Below the pieces are notes generated by a model. The model was not told where the DNA came from, ran no database searches, and saw nothing but the letters and a program-made list of their open reading frames with translations. Shown here in pieces: positions 20,264-30,788 of a stretch of 64,000 bases of DNA; the first letter of the stretch is position 1; the number at the start of each line of letters is the position of its first letter. The translations under genes were made by a program, and so were the position numbers. The stretch is from Gemmatimonadales bacterium (lineage in GTDB: Bacteria; Gemmatimonadota; Gemmatimonadetes; Gemmatimonadales; GWC2-71-9). The stretch lies in contig DATLYZ010000002.1 of the NCBI GenBank assembly GCA_035574255.1, positions 1,440-65,439 of the forward strand. The letters are read 5' to 3'.

Positions 20264-21159
20264 CAGGTCGCCTCACGCCGAGTCCAGCGCACCGCCACGG
20301 CGATGGCGCCGCCGATCGCCAGCGAGGCCGCAAGACCACCTTCCGGCCCGAAGGCCCCTCCGGTGAGCCACGCCGGCCCCCCCGGCTCGTAATCCACCAG
20401 CGGCAGCCGGATCGGGAGCCCGCTCACCGGCGCATCGGCCGCGGCGAGCGTGGCGTTCCAGCCGAGGTGGGCGCCCCAGGCCGTCCAGATGCCTCCGGGA
20501 AGGTAAAAGGCTGCCCCGAGGAGCACGCCGGCGAGCCCGATGTTGAGGAGGCCGAGCGGGGTCGTGTTGGGGTTGCGGATGTGAGCCAGTGCGAAGAGCG
20601 CCGCGACCAGCGCCACGGCCCGCCACCGCCCCACGAACCGGGCCAGGGTCACCAGCACCACGCCCCGAAACACGAGTTCTTCCAGCAAGGCCGCGGGGAG
20701 GAGCGAGAGGAGGAGCGTCGCCAGCGCGCCCAGGTACTCGCTCGAGGCGCCGCCGTCGCTGGCCAGGCGGGCCCCGCCCAGGAGCGCCGAGAGGGCGAAC
20801 GTGCCCGCCGCGGCCAGGGCGCCCAGGCTCAGGCCGCGGACGAACCCCGGTGCCGCCGCCGCCCACGGTACCCAGCGGAGGTCCCGAGCCGTGAGCTTGA
20901 GCGCCCGCATCCCGATGGCCCAGGTGAGCACGCCGAAGACCATCAGGCCTGTCGCCGCCTGCGCCACCAGGGCCGGCCAGACCCGCGCCAGCAGGCCGTG
21001 TAACCGCACCGGATCGAACCCCGCCACCGCGTAGAGCAGCCCGGTGCCGAGGCCGAGCATGAGCAGGAACCCCCCACCCAAGAACAGTACCGCCCAGGCA
21101 AGCGACCTGAGCAAGCCGGGCTGGACGGGAGGCGGAGCGAGCGGGGGGGCGTCGGTCAC
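20263..21159 (-). CDS. CPBP-family (CAAX/Abi) intramembrane glutamic endopeptidase
   Basis: In-frame GTG at 21157..21159 overlaps the bioY stop (GTGA). The product is multi-TM, with the motifs LLEELVFRG (EExxxR) and LFALAHIRN (FxxxH). The rest of ORF 20263..21840 overlaps bioY. Confidence 0.75.
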
Positions 21160-21715
21160 GCGCGCAGGCGGAGCGCGTGGTGGGCCCGCCAGAGCACGAG
21201 GCCGGCGAGGAGGGCCTTGAGCAGATCCTGGAGCACGAAGGGTGCGGTCCCCACCGCAAAGGCCCGGGCCGGATCGCCGGTGAGAATCGCGAGCCAGGAC
21301 CAGCCGCCGATATGGATAATCGCCAGGCCGAACAGCGCGCCCGCCAGCGATCGGCCCAGCCGCCCCCGCTCGGCCACGCGCCCCACGGCGAGCGCGGCGA
21401 CCGGAAAGGCCAGCAGGTATCCCGCGGTGGGGCCGACGAGGTGGGCCGGGCCGCTGGCGCCGCCCGCGAACACCGGTGCCCCGAAGAGGCCGAGGAGGAG
21501 ATAAAGCACCAGCGCGCCGGCGCCGGCCGCGCTCCCCAGGAGACCGCCGACCAGGAGCACGGCTGGCCCCTGGAGCGTCATCGGGACCACCGAGAAGGAG
21601 AGCGGAATGGAAACCTGCGCCGCCAGCGCGACGGCGAGTGCTCCCGCGAGGAGTGCCAAGGGCCAGCGGAGTGGGAATGGCCGGGTCTCGACCGTGGACA
21701 TCGGGGCGGGCTGAT

Positions 21716-21719
<4 letters not shown>
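21156..21719 (-). CDS. bioY: biotin transporter BioY (solitary S-component)
   Basis: Last 187 codons of ORF 21156..22574. The ATG overlaps the thiolase stop (ATGA). Contains [17 protein letters not shown]...[14 protein letters not shown]...[13 protein letters not shown], the typical BioY pattern. Confidence 0.85.
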
Positions 21720-22906
<1,187 letters not shown>

Positions 22907-23081
22907 GACATCCTCAGATCGGTTCGGACGGGCTCAAGTATGCCGAGGCGCGGGACCGGGCGGTAGGTCCTGCATGAGTATGCGGGACGGTGGAAGGCGG
23001 CGCCGGTGCCGTTCCTGCGCCAGCCGGAATCCAGGGCGCGGGGGCGGGAGGCCCCCCGGCGCGCGCGGGGTGACAGGGATC

Positions 23082-24206
23082 CTATCTCCCGCGCGCCCCC
23101 GCCACCTCGGGGTAGAACGCCGAGAGCGGAAAATCACTCCCCTCCAGCCCTCGCGCGCTCCAGGCGAGGAGCCGTTCGCGAACCTCCCCCGGGACGTCCC
23201 GGTGCCGATCCGCCGTGCCGCGCACGAAGAGTTCGGCGTTGGTCTGGAGCAGGTGTGGAGGGTGCATCTCGAAGCTGTCCTGGTGGCGCTGCATGTACGC
23301 GAAACTGCACTTCTCCACCACCCGGGCCAGTTCGGGTTCGCCGAGCGGCGCCAGCCCGAGGAAGCCCGCCACGCGGCGCGCGACGCCCGGCAGATCGCGC
23401 TTCATCTCCTCGAACGACACCACCAGCACGTTCCCGTCGCGCCGGCTGCGTGCCCACCAGCCCCGGACGTGGCCAGGCCAGGTGCCCCACCACATGAGCT
23501 CGGGCGAGCAGAACCACTCCTCGAACACCCCCACCCCCGGGGCGAGCCCGCCCACGTTGGTGATGATGAAGTCCATGCAGCTCGCGAAGCAGGAGACCGG
23601 GTGGCGCACCACGTAGATGTACCGGGCCTCGGGGCTCCGGGGGCAGAGGTCCGCGGGGAAATGGGTCTTGATGACCCGGGAGGGACGTTCGGCGCCGAGG
23701 GACGGCGCTTCGGCGAGCGAGACGCTCTTGCGGCCCTCCAGCCAGGGGGAGACGGCATAGAGGGGGGTTCCGCTCTCGACCAGGTTGCCCCCGCCCCGGT
23801 GCAGCAGCTCGTAGACCAGGTGTTGCATCCAGGTGGTCCCGCACTTCATCTGGGTGGCCACGAAGACATCGCCAGGGCGCGGCTCGTAGGCCTCGCCCCG
23901 GGCGAAGCTCTCCGGGCTGGTTGTCCCGTGGGGCCCGGGGACGCCCTTGTACTGGAAGGTGAGGCGCCGGAAATCGAGACGGGTGGTCCGGGCATTGAGC
24001 CAGAGGAGCGGGGCCAGGAGCCGGGCGTGGCGCCGGAGCGCCCGCTTGAACGCGGCCCGACCGGCCGGGGGCAGGCCGTAGTAGGCGAGCCCCACCGTGC
24101 GCTCGTCCTGCCACCGCAGCACGGCGCCGAGGTAGATCCCCTGGAGCACGAGCAGGAGCAGGACCCCACCCAGTGCAACCAGCGCGCCCCAGAGAACGGT
24201 GGCCAA
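23082..24206 (-). CDS. membrane-anchored PAPS-dependent sulfotransferase (Sulfotransfer_1-like)
   Basis: ORF 23082..24719, trimmed to the in-frame TTG at 24204..24206 just downstream of the thrS stop. The start is uncertain. N-terminal TM helix VLWGALVALGGVLLLLVLQGIYL. 5'-PSB loop QMKCGTTWMQH. 3'-PB-like IYVVRHPVSCFAS. Confidence 0.7.
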   Translation of the reverse strand: MATVLWGALVALGGVLLLLVLQGIYLGAVLRWQDERTVGLAYYGLPPAGRAAFKRALRRHARLLAPLLWLNARTTRLDFRRLTFQYKGVPGPHGTTSPESFARGEAYEPRPGDVFVATQMKCGTTWMQHLVYELLHRGGGNLVESGTPLYAVSPWLEGRKSVSLAEAPSLGAERPSRVIKTHFPADLCPRSPEARYIYVVRHPVSCFASCMDFIITNVGGLAPGVGVFEEWFCSPELMWWGTWPGHVRGWWARSRRDGNVLVVSFEEMKRDLPGVARRVAGFLGLAPLGEPELARVVEKCSFAYMQRHQDSFEMHPPHLLQTNAELFVRGTADRHRDVPGEVRERLLAWSARGLEGSDFPLSAFYPEVAGARGR

Positions 24207-24226
24207 GGTTGGCGCGGGGCCGGAGG

Positions 24227-26152
24227 TCAGGGGGTGAGGGCGCGGGTCCGCGCCTCTTCGCCGAGCCGCGCCACGACCGCCTCGAGCGGCAGCACCTGCT
24301 GCTTGGCGCCCGCCCCGCGCGCCCGGAGCGCCACGGTGCCCGCGTCCGCCTCCCGCTGCCCGACGACCGCCAGGTAGGGCACCTTCCAGATTTCGCCGTC
24401 CCGAATGCGGTAGTTGAGCGTGTCGGCCCGATCGTCGAGGGTGACGCGGAGCCCCGCGGCCCGCAGCCGCTCCACGACCCGGACCGCCGCGTCGCGCTGG
24501 GCATCGGAGATCGGCAGGACCCGTACCTGCTCGGGCGCGAGCCAGAGGGGAAAGGCGCCCGCGAAATGCTCGATCAGGATCGCGATGAACCGCTCGAACG
24601 AGCCGCACATCGCACGGTGGATCACCACCGGGCGGTGCTCCCGGTTGTCCTCGCCGACATAGATGAGATTGAACCGTTCGGGCGCCGCGTAGTCGAGCTG
24701 GATGGTGCCGAGCTGCCACTTCCGACCGATCGAGTCGGCCACCTCGAAGTCAATCTTGGGGCCGTAGAACGCGCCGTCGCCCGGTTTGGTCTCGTACTCG
24801 AGCCCCGTCGCCTCCAGCGCGGCCTTGAGATCGGCCTCGGCCCGGTCCCACATCGCGTCGTCGCCGATCCGGATCGGGGGCCGGGTGGCGAAGCGCAGCG
24901 TGGCGGTGAGCCCGAAGGTCCGGTACACCTCCAGAATGAGCGCCGTGAGGCGGCCGACCTCGGCGGGGATCTGGGACGGCATGAGGAAGATGTGGCAGTC
25001 GTCCTGCTGGAACTGGCGCACCCGGGTGAGCCCGGAGAGCGCGCCGGTCACCTCGTTCCGGTGCAGCACGTCGAAGGTGGCGTACCGCAGCGGGAGATCC
25101 CGATAGGAGTGCTTCTTCGCGCCGTACAGGACGTAGTGCGAGGGACAGTTCATGGGTTTCAGGGAGAGGTCGTGCTCCCCGGTCTCGTTGTCGAGCACGA
25201 GGAACATGTTCTCCCGGTACTTGCCCCAGTGGCCGGACAGCTCCCACAAGGCCTTGTTGTAGAGCAGCGGGGTCTTGATCTCCTGATACCCGTGCCGTTG
25301 CTGGAGCTCCCGGATGTAGTTCTCCACCAGGCGGTACACCGTGGCGCCCCGGTCGGTCCAGAAGGCGGCCCCCGGCGCATAGGGGTGAAACATGAAGAGG
25401 TCGAGCTCGCGCCCTACCTTCCGGTGATCCCGCTTCCGCGCCTCTTCCAGGCGATGGAGGTAGGCGTCCAGATCCTCCTTCTTGAACCACGCGGTGCCGT
25501 AGATCCGCTGGAGCATCTGGCGCCGCGAATCGCCTCGCCAGTACGCCCCGGCGGCCGAGAGCAGCTTGAAATGCTTGAGCCGGCCGGTGCTCGGGATGTG
25601 CGGCCCCCGGCAGAGATCCACGAACGGCCCGTCGGTGTACACCGAGATGACCTCGCCGTCTCCCAGCTCGGCGATCCGTTCCAGCTTGAGCGGGTCGTCC
25701 GCGAAGCGGCGGTTGGCTTCCTCCCGGCTCACTTCCTCCCGCACGAACCGGTAATCCTTCGCGGTCACCTCGGCCATCTTCTTCTCGATGGCGGCCAGGT
25801 CCTCGGGCGTGAACGGACGCTCGACGGCGAAATCGTAGTAGAAGCCGTCCTCGATCGGCGGGCCGAAGCCGATCCCCGCCTTGGGGAAGAGCTCCCGGAC
25901 CGCCGTGGCGAGCACGTGGGCGGCGGAGTGGCGGAGCACCTGGAGCGCCTCCGGATCTCGCTCGGTGAGGATCGTGACGCTCGCATCGTGCTCGATGGGG
26001 CGATCCAGGTCGAAGACCTGCCCGTTGACCTTGGCGGCGATGGCAGCCCGGGCGAGGCCGGGGCCGATGCTCTCCGCCACCGCCCGGGCGGTGGTGCCGC
26101 GGGGCACTTCGCGGACGCTCCCGTCGGGGAGCGTGAGCCGCACGGTGCTCAT
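24227..26152 (-). CDS. thrS: threonine--tRNA ligase
   Basis: ORF 24227..26257, trimmed to ATG 26150..26152. TGS domain MSTVRLTLPDGSVREV. Editing-domain HSAAHVLA. Class II motifs FHRNEVTGALSGLTRVRQFQQDD and an anticodon-binding C-terminus. Confidence 0.95.
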   Translation of the reverse strand: MSTVRLTLPDGSVREVPRGTTARAVAESIGPGLARAAIAAKVNGQVFDLDRPIEHDASVTILTERDPEALQVLRHSAAHVLATAVRELFPKAGIGFGPPIEDGFYYDFAVERPFTPEDLAAIEKKMAEVTAKDYRFVREEVSREEANRRFADDPLKLERIAELGDGEVISVYTDGPFVDLCRGPHIPSTGRLKHFKLLSAAGAYWRGDSRRQMLQRIYGTAWFKKEDLDAYLHRLEEARKRDHRKVGRELDLFMFHPYAPGAAFWTDRGATVYRLVENYIRELQQRHGYQEIKTPLLYNKALWELSGHWGKYRENMFLVLDNETGEHDLSLKPMNCPSHYVLYGAKKHSYRDLPLRYATFDVLHRNEVTGALSGLTRVRQFQQDDCHIFLMPSQIPAEVGRLTALILEVYRTFGLTATLRFATRPPIRIGDDAMWDRAEADLKAALEATGLEYETKPGDGAFYGPKIDFEVADSIGRKWQLGTIQLDYAAPERFNLIYVGEDNREHRPVVIHRAMCGSFERFIAILIEHFAGAFPLWLAPEQVRVLPISDAQRDAAVRVVERLRAAGLRVTLDDRADTLNYRIRDGEIWKVPYLAVVGQREADAGTVALRARGAGAKQQVLPLEAVVARLGEEARTRALTP

Positions 26153-26301
26153 GGCTCCCCCTCGGTGACCACGGGATGGATGATCGGTCGGGTGCGCGGG
26201 GCGTACCCGACATAGAGGCCGAGACAGACCACCATCAGCACCGCGATGAACAGCCACCAGCTCAGCTCAACGGCCGTCACGCGCGCATTATCTTGGGGCA
26301 T
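26149..26301 (-). CDS. candidate 50-aa single-TM small protein translationally coupled to thrS
   Basis: Hand translation gives MPQDNARVTAVELSWWLFIAVLMVVCLGLYVGYAPRTRPIIHPVVTEGEP. Third positions are mostly G/C. The stop TGA overlaps the thrS ATG (ATGA). It is too short to appear in the ORF track. Confidence 0.35.
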   Translation of the reverse strand: MPQDNARVTAVELSWWLFIAVLMVVCLGLYVGYAPRTRPIIHPVVTEGEP

Positions 26302-26356
26302 GATGTTAACTTAAGCCCTCGCCGATCACCTGCGTAAGTTCACCGACCCGAATCGG

Positions 26357-26788
26357 ATGCGCCCTCGACTCCCGCCCTCCACCTCCGAGCTCATCGCCTG
26401 GATGCTGGTCGGCACCGGGCTCGGCTTCGCCGCGGGCCTCCTCCTCGCCGAATGGCTCGGTCCGATGGACCCGGGCCGGGTCAAGCGGGCGGCGGAGCAC
26501 CTCGCGCGGGGGCGGGCCGCCCCGCCCCGTCCGCCGGCCCTGGCGCGTGCGGTTCGGCAGGCGCTCCGGCTCGACCGAGAACTCCGGGACGCCGAGATCG
26601 AGACCGTGCCCGGCGGGCCGGGCACGGTCGAGCTGCACGGCTGGGTCGCGAGCCGCTCGCTGCGGGCCCGGGCCGGCCGGATCGCGTCCACCGTGACCGG
26701 GGTGGACACGGTGATCAACGGCCTCCTGGTGCGGGGCGAGGACGACCCGGGCCTGCCGCTCCCGGCAGCCGGCGATCAGACCGCATGA
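26357..26788 (+). CDS. BON-domain membrane-anchored protein
   Basis: ORF 26357..26788. N-terminal TM helix LIAWMLVGTGLGFAAGLLLA. C-terminal BON-like VELHGWVASRSLRARAGRIASTVTGVDTVINGLLV. Its stop overlaps the valS ATG (ATGA). Confidence 0.65.
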   Translation: MRPRLPPSTSELIAWMLVGTGLGFAAGLLLAEWLGPMDPGRVKRAAEHLARGRAAPPRPPALARAVRQALRLDRELRDAEIETVPGGPGTVELHGWVASRSLRARAGRIASTVTGVDTVINGLLVRGEDDPGLPLPAAGDQTA

Positions 26789-29490
26789 CCGACGACCTGC
26801 CCCCCCAGTTCAATCCGCGGGCCATCGAGGCGGATCTCTATCGGTTCTGGGAAACCCGGGGCTGTTTCCAGCCGCGCCCGGGAGGACCGGGGGCCGCCGG
26901 GTCGCGGCGCCCGTACGTCATCATGATGCCCCCGCCGAACGTGACGGCTGTGCTGCACATGGGCCACGGGCTCAACAACACGGTGCAGGACGTCCTGGTC
27001 CGCTTCGAGCGGATGCGGGGACGGCCCACGCTCTGGGTTCCGGGCACCGATCACGCCGGCATCGCGACCCAGAACGTGGTCGAGAAGCTGCTGGCCCGCG
27101 AAGGGAAGACCCGCTTCGACCTCGGGCGCGAGGCGTTCGTGGCGCGGGTCTGGGCGTTCGTGCGGGAGACTGGCAGCACCATCCTCCAGCAGCTCCGGGC
27201 CATCGGCGCGAGCGCCGACTGGACCCGCACCTACTTCACGCTGGACGAGGATCTGAGCCGCGCCGTGCGCGAGGTGTTCGTCCGGCTCTACGACCGGGGG
27301 CTCATCTACCGCGGCAAGTACATCATCAACTGGTGCCCCCGCTGCCTCACGGCGCTCTCGAACGAGGAGGCCGAGAAGGAGGACACCGAGGGCCAGCTCT
27401 GGCGGATTCGCTACCCGCTGGACGGCGGCGGGGAGATCGTGGTGGCGACCACCCGCCCCGAGACCATGCTGGGCGACACGGCGGTGGCGGTGCACCCCGA
27501 CGACGAGCGCTACCGGGCGCTGATCGGCCGGACGGTCCGCCTCCCGCTCGCCGAGCGCCCGATCCCGGTCGTGGCCGACGCCGGGGTGGATCCCGAGTTC
27601 GGGACCGGGGCCGTGAAGGTGACTCCCGCGCACGATCCGCTCGACTTCGAGATCGCCCAGCGCCACGGGCTCCCGGCGCTCGACGTCATGACCGACGAGG
27701 CGCGGATGAACGACGCGGTGCCGGCGCGGTTCCGCGGCCTGGACCGGTTCGAGGCGCGGCGCCGGGTGGTGGAGGAGCTCCAGGCCCAGGGCCTGCTCCT
27801 CGGCGTCGAGCGCCACCGCCATGCGGTGGGCCGCTGCTACCGCTGCGAGACGATCGTCGAGCCCCGGCTCTCCGACCAGTGGTTCGTGAAGATGCGGCCC
27901 CTCGCCGAACCCGCGCTGGCCGCCTATCGCGACGGCCGGCTCCGGTTCATTCCCGAGCGGCGCGGCGAGGAGTACGCCCACTGGATGGTCAACATCCGGG
28001 ACTGGTGCATCTCCCGGCAGCTCTGGTGGGGCCACCGGATCCCGGTCTGGTACTGCGACGCGTGCGGGACCCACCGCGCCAGCCGCACCGATCTCACCGC
28101 CTGTCCGGTCTGCCGCGGCCCCGTCCGGCAGGACCCCGACGTGCTGGATACCTGGTTCTCCTCCTGGCTGGTGCCCTTCTCCAGCCTCGGCTGGCCGGAC
28201 GACACGGAGGATCTGCGGGCCTACTATCCGGGCTCGGTGCTGGTCACCGCCCCCGAGATCCTCTTCTTCTGGGTGGCCCGGATGGTGATGGCGGGCTGCG
28301 CGATGATGGGCGAGGTCCCGTTCCACACCGTCTATCTCCATGGCACGGTGCGCGACACCCAACATCGGAAGATGTCCAAGTCGCTGGGGAACGGGATCGA
28401 TCCGCTGGAGGTGGTGGAGCGATACGGCGCCGACGCGCTGCGCTACACGGTGATCGCGGGCCTGGGCGTGGGCGCCGACCTCATCCTCGATCCCGACGAC
28501 CTGGCGACCTCGTTCGCGCCGGGGCGCAACTTCGCGAACAAGCTGTGGAACGTGGGGCGACTGGTGCTGGGGGCGCTGGCGACGGCCGGCCCGGCGGGGA
28601 GCCGCCTCCGGCCCCTGGCCGGCCGGTACCCCGACGTGGTGCGCCGCGACGAGCTGGCGCTGGCCGACCGCTGGATCATCGCCCGCTGCGACCGGATGGT
28701 GCGGGAGGCCACCGAGTGCTACGAAAAGTTCCGGCTCAACGAGGCGGCGCTGGCGGCTTATCACTTTGTGTGGAGCGATCTCGCGGACTGGTACCTGGAG
28801 CAGATCAAGCCCCGCCTCTACGGCACCCAGCCCGGCGGCGACGTGGCGCGGGCCGTGGCGGCGCGGGTCTTCGAGGTGGCGCTCCAGGTATTGCACCCGA
28901 TCATGCCCTTCATCACCGAGGCGCTGTGGCGGCGCTACCCCGGCCGCCGCGCCGAGGAGACCATCATGCTCTCCCCCTGGCCCCGGCCGGACGCCCGCGC
29001 GGCGGACGCCGAGGCGGAGCGGCAGTTCGCGCTGGTGCAGGCCGCCATCACGGCAGTGCGGCAGATCCGGGCGGAATACGGGGTCGAGCCGGGGGCCCAG
29101 GTACGCGCCCTGCTGAGCGACCTCTCCGAGGAGGCGCGGCGGGCTTTCGAGGCCGAACGGCGCACGATCGAGCGGCTCGCCAAGGTCTCGGAGCTCCGCC
29201 TCGACGGGTCTCCCACGGGGGCGGGCGCCAACGCGGTCCTGCCGGACGGCACGGCGGTATTCGTGCCGCTGGGGGAGGTGCTGGATCTCGACCGCGAGTG
29301 CGGCCGGCTGGGCGCCGAGCTGGAGCGGATCGAGCAGAGCATCCAGGGCCAGCGGGCGAAGCTCGCCAACCAGCAGTTCGTCGCCCGGGCGCCGGCGGCG
29401 GTGGTGGCCCGGGAGCGTGACAAGCTCGCGGCGCTGGAGGAGCAACGGCGCACGCTCGCCGAGCGCCGGAGCCGCCTCGGGTGCGGCTGA
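26785..29490 (+). CDS. valS: valine--tRNA ligase
   Basis: In-frame ATG 26785 within ORF 26452..29490. HIGH-type motif PNVTAVLHMGHGLN, the KMSKS motif (HRKMSKSLGNGID), and a C-terminal coiled coil. Confidence 0.95.
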   Translation: MTDDLPPQFNPRAIEADLYRFWETRGCFQPRPGGPGAAGSRRPYVIMMPPPNVTAVLHMGHGLNNTVQDVLVRFERMRGRPTLWVPGTDHAGIATQNVVEKLLAREGKTRFDLGREAFVARVWAFVRETGSTILQQLRAIGASADWTRTYFTLDEDLSRAVREVFVRLYDRGLIYRGKYIINWCPRCLTALSNEEAEKEDTEGQLWRIRYPLDGGGEIVVATTRPETMLGDTAVAVHPDDERYRALIGRTVRLPLAERPIPVVADAGVDPEFGTGAVKVTPAHDPLDFEIAQRHGLPALDVMTDEARMNDAVPARFRGLDRFEARRRVVEELQAQGLLLGVERHRHAVGRCYRCETIVEPRLSDQWFVKMRPLAEPALAAYRDGRLRFIPERRGEEYAHWMVNIRDWCISRQLWWGHRIPVWYCDACGTHRASRTDLTACPVCRGPVRQDPDVLDTWFSSWLVPFSSLGWPDDTEDLRAYYPGSVLVTAPEILFFWVARMVMAGCAMMGEVPFHTVYLHGTVRDTQHRKMSKSLGNGIDPLEVVERYGADALRYTVIAGLGVGADLILDPDDLATSFAPGRNFANKLWNVGRLVLGALATAGPAGSRLRPLAGRYPDVVRRDELALADRWIIARCDRMVREATECYEKFRLNEAALAAYHFVWSDLADWYLEQIKPRLYGTQPGGDVARAVAARVFEVALQVLHPIMPFITEALWRRYPGRRAEETIMLSPWPRPDARAADAEAERQFALVQAAITAVRQIRAEYGVEPGAQVRALLSDLSEEARRAFEAERRTIERLAKVSELRLDGSPTGAGANAVLPDGTAVFVPLGEVLDLDRECGRLGAELERIEQSIQGQRAKLANQQFVARAPAAVVARERDKLAALEEQRRTLAERRSRLGCG

Positions 29491-30788
29491 TCGGCGGCGT
29501 CCTGGCCGCGACCGTCGCCCTGGGTTCCTGCGCCCGCATGGGCCCGCCGCCCGGGGGGCCGCCTGACACCGCGCCGCCGCGGATCGTGGCGACCCGGCCC
29601 GAGTCGCTCGGGTCCTACCCCGACTTCCAGGGGAGCGTGGAGTTCGTGTTCGACGAGGTGATCTCCGAGGGGAGCACGCCGAGTCAGGGGTTCGGCACCG
29701 GGGACCTGGAGAAACTCGTCCTGCTCTCGCCCGCCAGCGGCGTGCCGCGGGTCGAGTGGAAGCGGAACCGGCTCGCCGTGGCGCCCCGAGACGGGTGGAA
29801 GCGCAACCGGGTCTACCGGGTCCAACTCCTGGCCGGCGTCACCGACCTCCGCCGGAACCGGCTCGACTCCACCCGGACGGTGACCTTCACCACCGGGGCG
29901 CCGCTCCCGACCGATACCCTGCGGGGCGCCGCGGTGGACTGGCCCGCCGGCCGCCTGGCGCGAGGCGCCTTGCTGGAGTTCGCGCTCATGCCTGACAGCC
30001 TGGTGTACCGCGCCCTGGCCGACAGCACGGGCCGGTTCGCGGTGGGGCCGCTGCCGCGGGGCGAGTACCTCGTGACCGCCGTGCTGGACCGGAACAAGAA
30101 CCTCCGCCGCGACGGGCGCGAAGCCTTCGACACGGCCCGGGTCTCGAGCGGCGCCGCCCGGGACCTCGTGCTCTGGGCCTTTCCGCACGACACCGTGGCG
30201 CCTCGGATCCAGTCGGTGACCCTCGCCGACTCGCAGGCCGCGGTGATCAGCTTCAATCAGGCACTCGATCCCTACCAGCCGCCGGAAAGCCTGACGGCGC
30301 GCCTCAGGCTGCTCCCCGATTCCACCCCGGTCCCGGTGCATTCCCTGCTCCCCAAACCCCTGGACGACAGCCTGCGCCAGCTCGCCCGCCGAGCCGCCGA
30401 TTCGACTCGCGCGGCCGCCGATACCGTAGTCCCCCCCCCCGTCGCCCCGCGACCGGCACCAGGCCCAGGCCGGCCCCGCACACCGGCCGCGGACACCGCG
30501 GCCGACCGGGCCATCCTGGCCCGGCGCCGGCTTCCCTACGACCAGCTGGTACTCCGCCCGGACCTGGCGTTCACGCCGGGGGCCCGCTACGTGGTCGAGA
30601 TCGCCGGCCCGCGCAACCTGAGCGGGGTCGCCGGCCAGAGCCGCCTCGGCTTCGAAGTCCCGAAGCCCAAGACCCCGGCCGCCGGGCCCGCGCCGGCCCC
30701 GGCGCCCGCCGACTCGGCGGCTCCGCGCGCCGACACTACCCGGGTGCGACCCAAGCCGCGGCCCCGCCCCCGCCTCAGATCGCCATGA
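29481..30788 (+). CDS. lipoprotein with SbsA-type Ig-like (Big_5-like) and carboxypeptidase-regulatory-like domains (hypothetical)
   Basis: ORF 29481..30788, with a GTG start overlapping the valS end. Lipobox VALGSC. Contains PPRIVATRPE...VEFVFDEVI and TGRFAVGPLPRGEYLVTAVLDRNKN. The tail is Pro/Ala-rich. Confidence 0.6.
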   Translation: MRLIGGVLAATVALGSCARMGPPPGGPPDTAPPRIVATRPESLGSYPDFQGSVEFVFDEVISEGSTPSQGFGTGDLEKLVLLSPASGVPRVEWKRNRLAVAPRDGWKRNRVYRVQLLAGVTDLRRNRLDSTRTVTFTTGAPLPTDTLRGAAVDWPAGRLARGALLEFALMPDSLVYRALADSTGRFAVGPLPRGEYLVTAVLDRNKNLRRDGREAFDTARVSSGAARDLVLWAFPHDTVAPRIQSVTLADSQAAVISFNQALDPYQPPESLTARLRLLPDSTPVPVHSLLPKPLDDSLRQLARRAADSTRAAADTVVPPPVAPRPAPGPGRPRTPAADTAADRAILARRRLPYDQLVLRPDLAFTPGARYVVEIAGPRNLSGVAGQSRLGFEVPKPKTPAAGPAPAPAPADSAAPRADTTRVRPKPRPRPRLRSP

